Shown one piece after another: positions 49,917-58,777 of a stretch of 64,000 nt of DNA (position 1 is the stretch's first letter; each line of letters begins with the position of its first letter). The DNA comes from a bacterium (GTDB lineage Bacteria; Zhuqueibacterota; Zhuqueibacteria; Residuimicrobiales; Krinioviventaceae), in assembly GCA_963693055.1 (NCBI GenBank), contig OY843751.1:6368001-6432000 (forward strand). Reading direction: 5' to 3'. Below the pieces are notes generated by a model. That model was given only the letters and a program-made list of their open reading frames with translations. It ran no database searches and was not told the origin of the DNA. The position numbers and the translations under genes are program-made.

Positions 49917-52900
49917 ATGAACAAAGATGTGTTTGGGATTGATAGTATTGAATTATTGGACAGGGTAGCGGAACTTGAACAACTTCTTGAAGAAAAAGAA
50001 GAGCAGATTCAAAAATTAAATCAGAATTATGTCAGAGGATTTGAAAAGGTCCAAAAACTTGCCAATGTGGGGTATTGGTATTTGGCAAACGGTGATTTAT
50101 ATTGGTCTGATAATCATTATGAATTACTGGGGTATAAAAGAAATGAAGTAACACCATCTCATGAATTGTTTTTATCTCATATACATCCTCAGGACAGGGA
50201 CCTTGTTAAAAACACTAAAGACAAAGCGATTGCGAATAAAAGTGATTTAAAAGTAGAATTTAGATTTATTACTGTTGATAAACGTGAAAGATGGGGACTC
50301 ACTCAGGCAGAAGTCATTCTGGATAATAAAGGTCTTTTTTTTGGTTTTGATGGTGTTTTTCAGGATATAACTGAATTAAAAACAATAAAAAGAATTTTAT
50401 CAAACAATGAAAAACAAATTGAGCGGATATTTGAATTTTCACCCAATGCAATAACCTTGACCGATCTCAAAGGGAATATAATAGATTGTAATTCTGCAAC
50501 AGCTGCAATTCATGGTTATGAAAAATCTGAGCTAATCGGGAAAAATATAACTACTTTGATTATTAAAAAGCAAAAGCTGTTAGCGATCCAGTCAGCTTTA
50601 AAGACCATGAAGGACGGGAGTACTCGTAATGTAGAGTATACGTTATTAAAAAAAGATGGAACAGAATTTCCTGCAAGCATCTCAACGAGTATCGTTAGAG
50701 ATGAATTTAGAAAACCAGTATATTTTGTAGGTATTACCCGGGACCTGACTGAACAAAAACAAGCTGAACAAGCTTTGAAAGCAAGTGAAGAAAAATATAG
50801 AAAAGTTGTTGAAAATAATAATACGCCAATCATTGTTCTTGACGAGCAAGGGAAAATACTCTTTGTTAATAATGCATTGGCCCTGTATTTAGGGGACAAA
50901 CCGGATGTAATAACGGGCAGATATTATTATGAGTTTGTTGATGCTCAACAGGCAGAAACGGTTAAGGACAGAATTGAAATTGTTTTAAAAAGTGGTGAAA
51001 ATAAATCATATGAGAAAAAAGTTGAAACACCAACAGGAGACAAATGGTTTTTATCTGTTTATCAGCCTATTCTGAAAAAAGGTAAGCACGCAGAAATACA
51101 AATTTTATCATATGACATTACCAAACAAAAGCAGACAGAAATTGCTTTAAAAGTGAGCAACAAGCGATTTCGCATGCTGTTTGAAAATGCCTCAGATGCT
51201 ATTTTTGTTTCTGATAATAAGGGAAACCTGGTTGATGTGAATATTCAGGCCTGTAAAAGTCTGGGATATACACATGAAGAATTAATCACTAAAACGATAA
51301 TGGATATAGACAAAAATATTTCAAATGAGCAGTTACTAAATGAAATATGGAAGGCAGCTACTGTTGGTGAATCAAACATCATTCAAAGTATTCATTTGAC
51401 TAAAGATGGCAATGAAATTCCCGTAGAAATAAATGTGGGGTTTATTGATTATAATGGTAATAATTATTTTTTTGGAGTAGCTAGGGATAAAACACAGCAG
51501 CAAAAAGCAGAAGAGATTTTAAAAGAGAGTGAAGAACGTTACCGGGTATTGGCAAATGCTACCATGGAAGCTGTCTTCATTTCTGAAAAAGGAATATGTG
51601 TTGATACCAATGATACCGCGTGCAAGATGTTTGGATACAAACATAAAGAAATAATAGGTATTTTTGGTACTGATGTTATTGCGCCGGAATCTAAAGATTT
51701 TGTGAAAAGTAACATGTTGTCCGGATTTGAAAAGCCGTATGAAGCAATGGCGATACGAAAAGACGGTACTGTGTTTCCGGCATTGTTTCATGGTAGAATG
51801 TATAAATACAAGGGTACAAATATCCGCTTGACTACCTGCAGGGATTTAACAGAACAGCGAGAGTATGAACGAAAAATTGAAAAGAACCAAAAAAGATTGG
51901 AACGCGCAGAAGAAATAGCAAGGATAGGACATTGGGAGTTTCATCTTGATAGTAATCAAGTAATTGCTTCAAATGGTGCTTATATTGTTTACGGATTGGA
52001 TGCAATTAAAGACAATATGACAGTTGCAGCAGTACAAACGTTTCCCTTACCTGAATATCGGGAAATGCTTGATAAAGCAATGTCTGATTTAATTACACAA
52101 AACAAACCCTATGATATTGAATTTAAAATTATGAGACCTACGGATAATAAAATCATTGATATTCGATCAGTTGCCCAATATGATAAACAGAAAAATGCTG
52201 TTTTCGGTGTACTTTATGATATTACAGAACAAAAACGAGCAGAAGTTGCAATCAGACAAAGTGAGACCCGGTTTAAAGCTATTTTTGACCACGCTCCTAT
52301 CGGGATTGTTGTTTCAGATCCTGAAACGATAACACAACGAGTTTTAACCAACAACGCATTTCAGGCGTTTGTAGGCCTTGATTCAGAGATGATGGATGCA
52401 AACTCTCTTAAAGCGTGCTCTCATCCTGATGATTATGAAAAAGATATGGAATTGTTTGCCCAGGTTTTGAATGGAGATATTGAATTCTATCAATTGGAAA
52501 AACGATACATCCACAAAAATGGTGATTTAAAATGGGGAAACTTGTATTTTAGCCGCATCAGAGGTGAAAACAATGAACCCTTTTTATATTTGGCAATGAT
52601 TAAAGACATAACCAAGCGAAAGTTAAACGAGGAATTGTTGAAAAGATCTCTTGATGAAAAAGAAATTTTACTCAAAGAGATCCACCATCGTGTTAAAAAT
52701 AACATGCAGATTATTATCAGCTTGTTGAATATGCAGGCTAAAAAGTTGAAACATGATCCCAATGTTCAAAAAGCGTTCATGGAAAGCAGGCAGCGTATCT
52801 ATTCTATGGCACTTGTACATGAAAAACTGTACCAATCGGATGATTTTTCACAGATTGATTTTAAAGAGTATATTGATTTTTTGCTTGAGCAGTTAATTTC

Positions 52901-53273
52901 TTCTTTTAAAACAAACAAAGATATACAATACCATGTTGCAATTCAGGAATCATTACTAAGCATTGAATTGGCAATTCCCTGCGGATTGATTGTGAATGAA
53001 TTGCTTACCAATGTATTAAAGCATGCGTTTACAAATACTGAAAAAGGGAATGTTTGGATTGAAGTCAAATTGATAAAAAATGGAAACATGTTGTTAAGGG
53101 TTGCAGATGATGGAAAAGGATTGCCGGATAATTTTCAGTCAAAATTCAAGGGATCATTGGGACATGAACTTGTAAATGCGCTTACCCGGCAGCTTGAAGG
53201 AACATTAACTATAAACCATACGGCAGGTGCAGAATTCCTTGTTGAATTTTCGCCACAGCTTGACAATAAATAG
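49917..53273 (+). CDS. Cytoplasmic multi-PAS (about 7 PAS/PAC) histidine kinase, HisKA_2
   Basis: Seven D-I/L/K-T PAC ends; EIHHRVKNNMQ, ELLTNVLKHAF, DDGKG, SLG; no TM segment seen. Confidence 0.92.
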   Translation: MNKDVFGIDSIELLDRVAELEQLLEEKEEQIQKLNQNYVRGFEKVQKLANVGYWYLANGDLYWSDNHYELLGYKRNEVTPSHELFLSHIHPQDRDLVKNTKDKAIANKSDLKVEFRFITVDKRERWGLTQAEVILDNKGLFFGFDGVFQDITELKTIKRILSNNEKQIERIFEFSPNAITLTDLKGNIIDCNSATAAIHGYEKSELIGKNITTLIIKKQKLLAIQSALKTMKDGSTRNVEYTLLKKDGTEFPASISTSIVRDEFRKPVYFVGITRDLTEQKQAEQALKASEEKYRKVVENNNTPIIVLDEQGKILFVNNALALYLGDKPDVITGRYYYEFVDAQQAETVKDRIEIVLKSGENKSYEKKVETPTGDKWFLSVYQPILKKGKHAEIQILSYDITKQKQTEIALKVSNKRFRMLFENASDAIFVSDNKGNLVDVNIQACKSLGYTHEELITKTIMDIDKNISNEQLLNEIWKAATVGESNIIQSIHLTKDGNEIPVEINVGFIDYNGNNYFFGVARDKTQQQKAEEILKESEERYRVLANATMEAVFISEKGICVDTNDTACKMFGYKHKEIIGIFGTDVIAPESKDFVKSNMLSGFEKPYEAMAIRKDGTVFPALFHGRMYKYKGTNIRLTTCRDLTEQREYERKIEKNQKRLERAEEIARIGHWEFHLDSNQVIASNGAYIVYGLDAIKDNMTVAAVQTFPLPEYREMLDKAMSDLITQNKPYDIEFKIMRPTDNKIIDIRSVAQYDKQKNAVFGVLYDITEQKRAEVAIRQSETRFKAIFDHAPIGIVVSDPETITQRVLTNNAFQAFVGLDSEMMDANSLKACSHPDDYEKDMELFAQVLNGDIEFYQLEKRYIHKNGDLKWGNLYFSRIRGENNEPFLYLAMIKDITKRKLNEELLKRSLDEKEILLKEIHHRVKNNMQIIISLLNMQAKKLKHDPNVQKAFMESRQRIYSMALVHEKLYQSDDFSQIDFKEYIDFLLEQLISSFKTNKDIQYHVAIQESLLSIELAIPCGLIVNELLTNVLKHAFTNTEKGNVWIEVKLIKNGNMLLRVADDGKGLPDNFQSKFKGSLGHELVNALTRQLEGTLTINHTAGAEFLVEFSPQLDNK

Positions 53274-54494
53274 CTATTGGATTTTGTATGCCAAGATGGC
53301 ATTACCATGTCTGATGTATAATCTACCGCCATGAATGACAGGATGCGCCCAATGCTGATCTGTTCCCAGGGTGACAGGAAATTGGCTAATCACTGTAAAG
53401 GATTCATGTGATGCTTTAACAAGCCCCATATTTCCTTTTTCTGCGTAGCAGTAAAACAGCCCGTCTGCCCATGTGATCACGCCTCCACCAAAAGATTCAT
53501 TAATATATTCAATGTCTCCTGTATTCCAATTAATGCAGTACCATTTGGATTTCCTGTATTCAGCGCCATACAGATACCCGTCTTGAAGGATTACACCACC
53601 CATGAGGTTGGGGAATTCTGTGTTTCGCCAAACGACTTTAACAGATTTGCCCTTGTTTAACAATTCAAGCTGAACGGTACCATCCAGATCATCTTTGGAG
53701 GTTGCACTGGAACATACGATTTTGCCGTTATGATAAATCGGTGTATTTGCATGTATTTTGTTGTTTTGATGTTGCGGAACTGCCCAATAAAATTCACCAG
53801 AATCTGCATCTAAACCAATAATGGATTCGGAAGTCATGGTAACGAAAAGACGAGTGCCCTGGTATTCAACAAGAATGGGAGAGCAATAAGCTGCGGGGTC
53901 ACCATTCCCCGGACTCGTCCAGATGGTATTGCCTGTGAAGCGGTCAAGCGCGGCCACATTGTGTTTTGGGCCGCCGGGAGTACAGATAACCCGGTCACCA
54001 TCTATGAGCAGGGATTCGGTCATTCCCCAGCGTATATTTTCAGCGTTAAAGGTTTTCAACAAATCTACAGACCACACCAGATTACCGGTTAACGCGTTAA
54101 AGCAGAAAACCACACCTTGTCCACTTTCAAGGTACAACAAATCATCAACGATGGTAGGCGATGTGCGGGCACCGGGATAACTGCCATCCCATTCCGGTCC
54201 GTATAATTTTTTCCACAAAAGTTTCCCATCCATATCAAGACAATAGAGAACCCCGTTTTGGTCCTGCATTCCCGTTACATAAATGCGTTCATGTGCAATT
54301 GCGACCGAGCCGTGCCCCGCACCAAGGCCATCAAAACTCCATAACATGTTTGGACCGTTTGAGGGCCAGGATTTAAACAGGCCGGTTTCAGCATATTTGC
54401 CATCCCGATGGGGACCCCGCCATTGTGATAATATTTCTGCTGAAGAGATGGAAATAATAAAAATGTTTAATATAATAATCAATCGGATACGCAT
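53274..54494 (-). CDS. PQQ-binding-like beta-propeller protein, secreted
   Basis: QWRGPHRDG, repeated G-x-x-x-W blades, WAHPVIHGGRLYIRH. Start reassigned to ATG 54494. Confidence 0.88.
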   Translation of the reverse strand: MRIRLIIILNIFIISISSAEILSQWRGPHRDGKYAETGLFKSWPSNGPNMLWSFDGLGAGHGSVAIAHERIYVTGMQDQNGVLYCLDMDGKLLWKKLYGPEWDGSYPGARTSPTIVDDLLYLESGQGVVFCFNALTGNLVWSVDLLKTFNAENIRWGMTESLLIDGDRVICTPGGPKHNVAALDRFTGNTIWTSPGNGDPAAYCSPILVEYQGTRLFVTMTSESIIGLDADSGEFYWAVPQHQNNKIHANTPIYHNGKIVCSSATSKDDLDGTVQLELLNKGKSVKVVWRNTEFPNLMGGVILQDGYLYGAEYRKSKWYCINWNTGDIEYINESFGGGVITWADGLFYCYAEKGNMGLVKASHESFTVISQFPVTLGTDQHWAHPVIHGGRLYIRHGNAILAYKIQ

Positions 54495-54595
54495 TGTAAT
54501 CCTTTTTTTAAAATTTATGAAATATAGGGAAATTACAGAGATGTGCAAACCGGATTTGTTGTTTGGTTTAACGAATTGAGAAATATACGGCAGAT

Positions 54596-54624
54596 AAAAA
54601 AAGGCCGTTTAAACAAACGGCCTT
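54596..54624 (-). terminator. Rho-independent terminator after the oxidoreductase
   Basis: AAGGCCGTTT-AAAC-AAACGGCCTT with a T-tract on the minus strand. Confidence 0.85.
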
Positions 54625-54629
54625 GATAT

Positions 54630-55979
54630 TTACAGTGACCAACCCTGTCTGTATTCCCGGTGCAGGAACTGGTTTGCGTCTTTATCGTTAGTGATGCGCA
54701 TGGCATCATAATCCCAATAGATCTTTTTGCCGGTACGGAGCGCAATGTTACCTAGTAATACCATTTGAGTAAGGGGTGCGGCATAGTCAAAATTGACCAG
54801 GGCGGGAGGACCACCTTTGCAAGCGTTGATCCATTCCTGACTGTGTCCGGGAGAGCGCGGTATGGATTTTTCCGGGCGCTCATATTCCTGCATTTTTGCT
54901 TCCGGAATGATACGAATACCTCTTGCACCGTGCGAGCCGGTAAGGATTTTGCCTTTGCTTCCAATATAAAGCACACCACCATACTGGTCGCCCATTTTTC
55001 TACCGGGTTCCAGTTCTTCGGGTGTTTCCGGCATGAGTCCGCCATCGTACCAGGTTAGTTTTACCGGAGGCATATTTCCCCGTGCCGGGAAATTGAAATG
55101 AACTATGCTTGCGTGTGGGTAGCTTTCGATATTTTTTTCTTTATCCCAGTTTAACGAGTTACTCATATCGATCTCGTAAGAATGACTAGCTTCAACGCTT
55201 GTGGGTTGATCTATTTTAAGAGCCCATTTGATGGGATCAAAGATATGGCAACCCATATCTCCCAATCCACCGGTACCAAAATCCCACCAACCGCGCCACA
55301 TCATGGGATGGTATGCGGGATGATAGGGGCGATAGGGGGCCGGCCCGATCCACAAATCCCAATCCAGAGTATCGGGAACCGGGGGCGTGTCTGTCGGGCG
55401 TTTTTGACCCTGCGGCCATACCGGATGTGGTGTCCACGCATGGATTTCGCGAATTTCTCCAATGGCTCCGTCCTGTACCCACTCGCACAACAAGCGAGCT
55501 TCTTCCATTGCATGTCCCTGCGTGCCCATTTGCGTGGCTACACCGGCCTCGCGGGCCGCTTTGGCAAGTTCACGAGCTTCATAAATTGTATAGGTGAGAG
55601 GTTTTTCAGTATAGACATGTTTGCCGGCTTTGATGGCTGCCATAGTGGCTACAGCGTGTGTATGGTCAGGTGTGGCAATGAGAACAGCATCAATGTCTTT
55701 TTGCTTTTCAAGCATAACACGATAATCTTTGTAGCGTTTGGCTTTGGGATGTTTTTCAAATCTTTCTGCGGCATGTTTCCAATCCACATCGCACAAGGCA
55801 ACAATATTTTCAGATTCCAGGGTTTTTAAAACAGAGTTGCCTCTGCCGCCAGCACCAATCGCTGCAATGTTGAGCTTGTCGCTGGGAGAAGTGTGCCCCG
55901 GCCCGCCCAATACGTGCCGGGGTACAATTATGAATGACGATACAGCGACAGTCGATTTAATAAAAGATCGTCTGTCCAT
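54630..55979 (-). CDS. Gfo/Idh/MocA oxidoreductase with Tat signal
   Basis: DRRSFI; IGAGGRG; ATPDHTH; EKPL; WRGWWDFGTGGLGDMGCH. Confidence 0.93.
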   Translation of the reverse strand: MDRRSFIKSTVAVSSFIIVPRHVLGGPGHTSPSDKLNIAAIGAGGRGNSVLKTLESENIVALCDVDWKHAAERFEKHPKAKRYKDYRVMLEKQKDIDAVLIATPDHTHAVATMAAIKAGKHVYTEKPLTYTIYEARELAKAAREAGVATQMGTQGHAMEEARLLCEWVQDGAIGEIREIHAWTPHPVWPQGQKRPTDTPPVPDTLDWDLWIGPAPYRPYHPAYHPMMWRGWWDFGTGGLGDMGCHIFDPIKWALKIDQPTSVEASHSYEIDMSNSLNWDKEKNIESYPHASIVHFNFPARGNMPPVKLTWYDGGLMPETPEELEPGRKMGDQYGGVLYIGSKGKILTGSHGARGIRIIPEAKMQEYERPEKSIPRSPGHSQEWINACKGGPPALVNFDYAAPLTQMVLLGNIALRTGKKIYWDYDAMRITNDKDANQFLHREYRQGWSL

Positions 55980-55994
55980 AATACTTCCTGTTGT

Positions 55995-58736
55995 TTATTT
56001 CATTGTATAGGTAAATGAGTAACTGCCTGAACCCAGGACCAGTTTCCCATTCTCATCCATTTGTTTTGACTCGATAATGCCTTTGGCTTTTTCCAGTGGT
56101 TTTCCGTTTTCCATTACACCTGCAAGCTCTGCGCCTGGCAGGCAAACGTCTGCAGTTGTATTGGCTGGAATTTCAATGTTAACTGTCATGGTGTTTCCGG
56201 AAATTTCCCAACCGGATTTGATCATACCATACATAGATTTATGCCATGTTTTTGCAGAGGTCAATTCACCACCCGGTTTGGGTTTGATAATGATGTGTTT
56301 GTAACCGGGATTTTGAGGATCAATATTTACACCGGTGATTACCCGGTACATCCAGTCACCAATTGCGCCATAGGCATAGTGATTAAAGGAATTCATACCT
56401 TTATTCTGAAAAGAACCATCCGGTTTGATGCCGTCCCAGCGTTCCCAGATGGTTGTTGCGCCTTTGGTTACCGGATAGAGCCAAGATGGATATTTTTTAC
56501 GATTCAACAGCATGTATGCCAGATCAATGTCTCCATTATCACTTAAAACATGGGTGATGGGAGATGCTCCCAGAAATCCGGTGGTAATGTGTCCGAATTT
56601 TTTCACATCCTCTGCCAGACGTTCAGCCGCTTGTTCTTTCATATCATCTGGAATCAGATCAAAATCAAACGCAATAGCATAGGCAGTTTGTGTGTTTGGA
56701 GACAAACGTGCTTCAGGAGTGATGAATTCTTTAACAAAAGCTTTTTTAATGTTTTGCAGCAGCGCTTTATATTTTTGGGCATCCTGATCGTTACCCAAAA
56801 TTTTTGCAATTTTAGACATTAATTCAGTTGAATGGGCAAAATACGCCGTAGCCAAAAAGTCTTTATCGGTATAGGCACCGGGATAGTCGGAATTGGTTGT
56901 GTTGTATGACAACCAGTCACCAAAATGCTGACCTGTGTTATAGAGAAAGGTGTCTCCGGCCTTGTCTTCCATATAGCCGATCCATTTTTTCATGCTTTCG
57001 TATTGTTGTTCCAGAATACGGGTGTCATCGTAATACTGATAAACGGTCCAGGGTACTATAACAGCTGCATCGGCCCAACCGCATGCACCTGCATCGCTAA
57101 TGGGATCTGTGCGGTTTAAAACATTGGGAATTACATGTGGAATGGATCCGCCTGATTTTTGATCTGCATTGAAATCATCCATCCATTTGGTGTAAAATCC
57201 GGCTACATTTGAATTGTAGCATGCTGTGGGAGCAAAGACCTGTGCGTCACCGGTCCATCCCAAACGTTCGTCACGTTGCGGACAATCAGTAGGAACGTCA
57301 ACAAAGTTACCATGCTGACCCCAAATGATATTGTGCTGTAACTGGTTTAACAAGGGATTAGAACATTCAAATCCACCAGTCATCTCATAGTCAGAGTGAA
57401 CTACAACACCGGTAAAATCTTCGAGTGTAGGTTCACCCGGCCAACCGTCTACATCAATGTAACGGAATCCCTGAAAGGTAAAGTGTGGTTCAAACACTTC
57501 AACGCCGTCACCTTTGAGTGTGTATTGGATCAACTGGGTTGCCTGACGCAGATTTTCGGTGTAAAAATTGCCTTCTTTGTCTAAAACTTCTGCATGCCGT
57601 ATTTTAATTGTGGTGCCGGCGGGTCCCTGGACTTTGAATCGTATCCAGCCTACCATATTCTGACCCATATCAAACACGACATCGCCTTCGGGGGTGATGA
57701 TCTTTTCAATAGGTTTAAGCTCTTCAACTTTGCGAATGGGGGGACCTGCAGGAGCAACCAGAATGGATTTTGTGTGATTTCCTACAGTTACGCCACCCCA
57801 GCTAGTGTCGTTATAACCGGCTTTGCACCAACCCGGCATTTCTTTGCGCGCGTCATAGGTTTCGCCCATGTAAAGATCTGACGCAAGGATGGGTCCGGTA
57901 GTAGATTTCCATGAACCATCCGTGATGATGGTTTCTGTTGAGCCGTCTTTGTATTCAACTACAATCTGTGCAAGGAGTCCCAGCTTTTCACCATATACAT
58001 TGCGCTGGTCCTTCCATGCTAAAAAACCGCGATACCAGCCGTCGCCCAATTGAGCACCAACGGCATTGTCACCTTTTTTCAGCAGGTCAGTAACATCGTA
58101 TGTTTGGTACTGGGTTTGGGTGTTATAGCTTGTCCAGCCCGGAGTAAGTACCTGGTCTCCAACTTTATTGCCATTGATGTAAAGCTCATACAATCCCTTG
58201 CTGGTAACATACGCGCGGGCTGAAGCTATTTTGTTTTTCAGTACAAAGTCTTTGCGCAAAACAGGAGAAGGACTGGTTTTTTTCAAGTCTTCTTTGACAT
58301 TGGGATGTATCCACTCTGCTTTCCAGTCTGCTGTGTTTAATAATCCCATTTCCCAGTAAGCTTCATCGCTCCAGGAGGTGGATTTGTTTTTGGCATCCCA
58401 AACTTTGGCGCGCCAATAATAGCGGGTTCCACTTTCAAGAGCAGGGCCATCGTAAACGATATGAAAGGATTCGTCGCTTTTGATTTTGCCTGAATCCCAA
58501 AGAGGATTTTTAAAGGATTTTTTGTCTTTTGCTACCTGTACCTGATAGGCAGATTGCATGTATCCGCGGTCAGAGGATTCAATGATCCAGCCCATTCGTG
58601 GATTTTTTGCATCAATCCCAACGGGATTGGTTTTGTACTCGCATGTCAGGTTTGTGAGAGAGGTCTTTGCATATATTGGATTCATTAATACAAAAACACT
58701 CAACAACAGTACTGCAACCCATAAAGGTCTTTTCAT
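55995..58736 (-). CDS. GH78 alpha-L-rhamnosidase
   Basis: LTPGWT, DMGQNMVG, PHFTFQGFRY, PTDCPQRDERLGWTGD, GATTIWERW and NSFNHYAYGAIG motifs. Confidence 0.95.
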   Translation of the reverse strand: MKRPLWVAVLLLSVFVLMNPIYAKTSLTNLTCEYKTNPVGIDAKNPRMGWIIESSDRGYMQSAYQVQVAKDKKSFKNPLWDSGKIKSDESFHIVYDGPALESGTRYYWRAKVWDAKNKSTSWSDEAYWEMGLLNTADWKAEWIHPNVKEDLKKTSPSPVLRKDFVLKNKIASARAYVTSKGLYELYINGNKVGDQVLTPGWTSYNTQTQYQTYDVTDLLKKGDNAVGAQLGDGWYRGFLAWKDQRNVYGEKLGLLAQIVVEYKDGSTETIITDGSWKSTTGPILASDLYMGETYDARKEMPGWCKAGYNDTSWGGVTVGNHTKSILVAPAGPPIRKVEELKPIEKIITPEGDVVFDMGQNMVGWIRFKVQGPAGTTIKIRHAEVLDKEGNFYTENLRQATQLIQYTLKGDGVEVFEPHFTFQGFRYIDVDGWPGEPTLEDFTGVVVHSDYEMTGGFECSNPLLNQLQHNIIWGQHGNFVDVPTDCPQRDERLGWTGDAQVFAPTACYNSNVAGFYTKWMDDFNADQKSGGSIPHVIPNVLNRTDPISDAGACGWADAAVIVPWTVYQYYDDTRILEQQYESMKKWIGYMEDKAGDTFLYNTGQHFGDWLSYNTTNSDYPGAYTDKDFLATAYFAHSTELMSKIAKILGNDQDAQKYKALLQNIKKAFVKEFITPEARLSPNTQTAYAIAFDFDLIPDDMKEQAAERLAEDVKKFGHITTGFLGASPITHVLSDNGDIDLAYMLLNRKKYPSWLYPVTKGATTIWERWDGIKPDGSFQNKGMNSFNHYAYGAIGDWMYRVITGVNIDPQNPGYKHIIIKPKPGGELTSAKTWHKSMYGMIKSGWEISGNTMTVNIEIPANTTADVCLPGAELAGVMENGKPLEKAKGIIESKQMDENGKLVLGSGSYSFTYTMK

Positions 58737-58777
58737 GTTACCTACCTCCTGATTTGATTGATTATGATAAAGAATTA

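Noticed and set aside
53268-53279. Convergent stops abutting with zero gap (TAG/CTA)
   Set aside because: Real, but common in compact genomes; no further signal.
55182-55829. Long shadow ORFs (215 aa here; also 35021-35662, 35524-36114, 1157-1690, 48138-48644)
   Set aside because: They lie antisense to well-supported genes and have no recognisable motifs or RBS.
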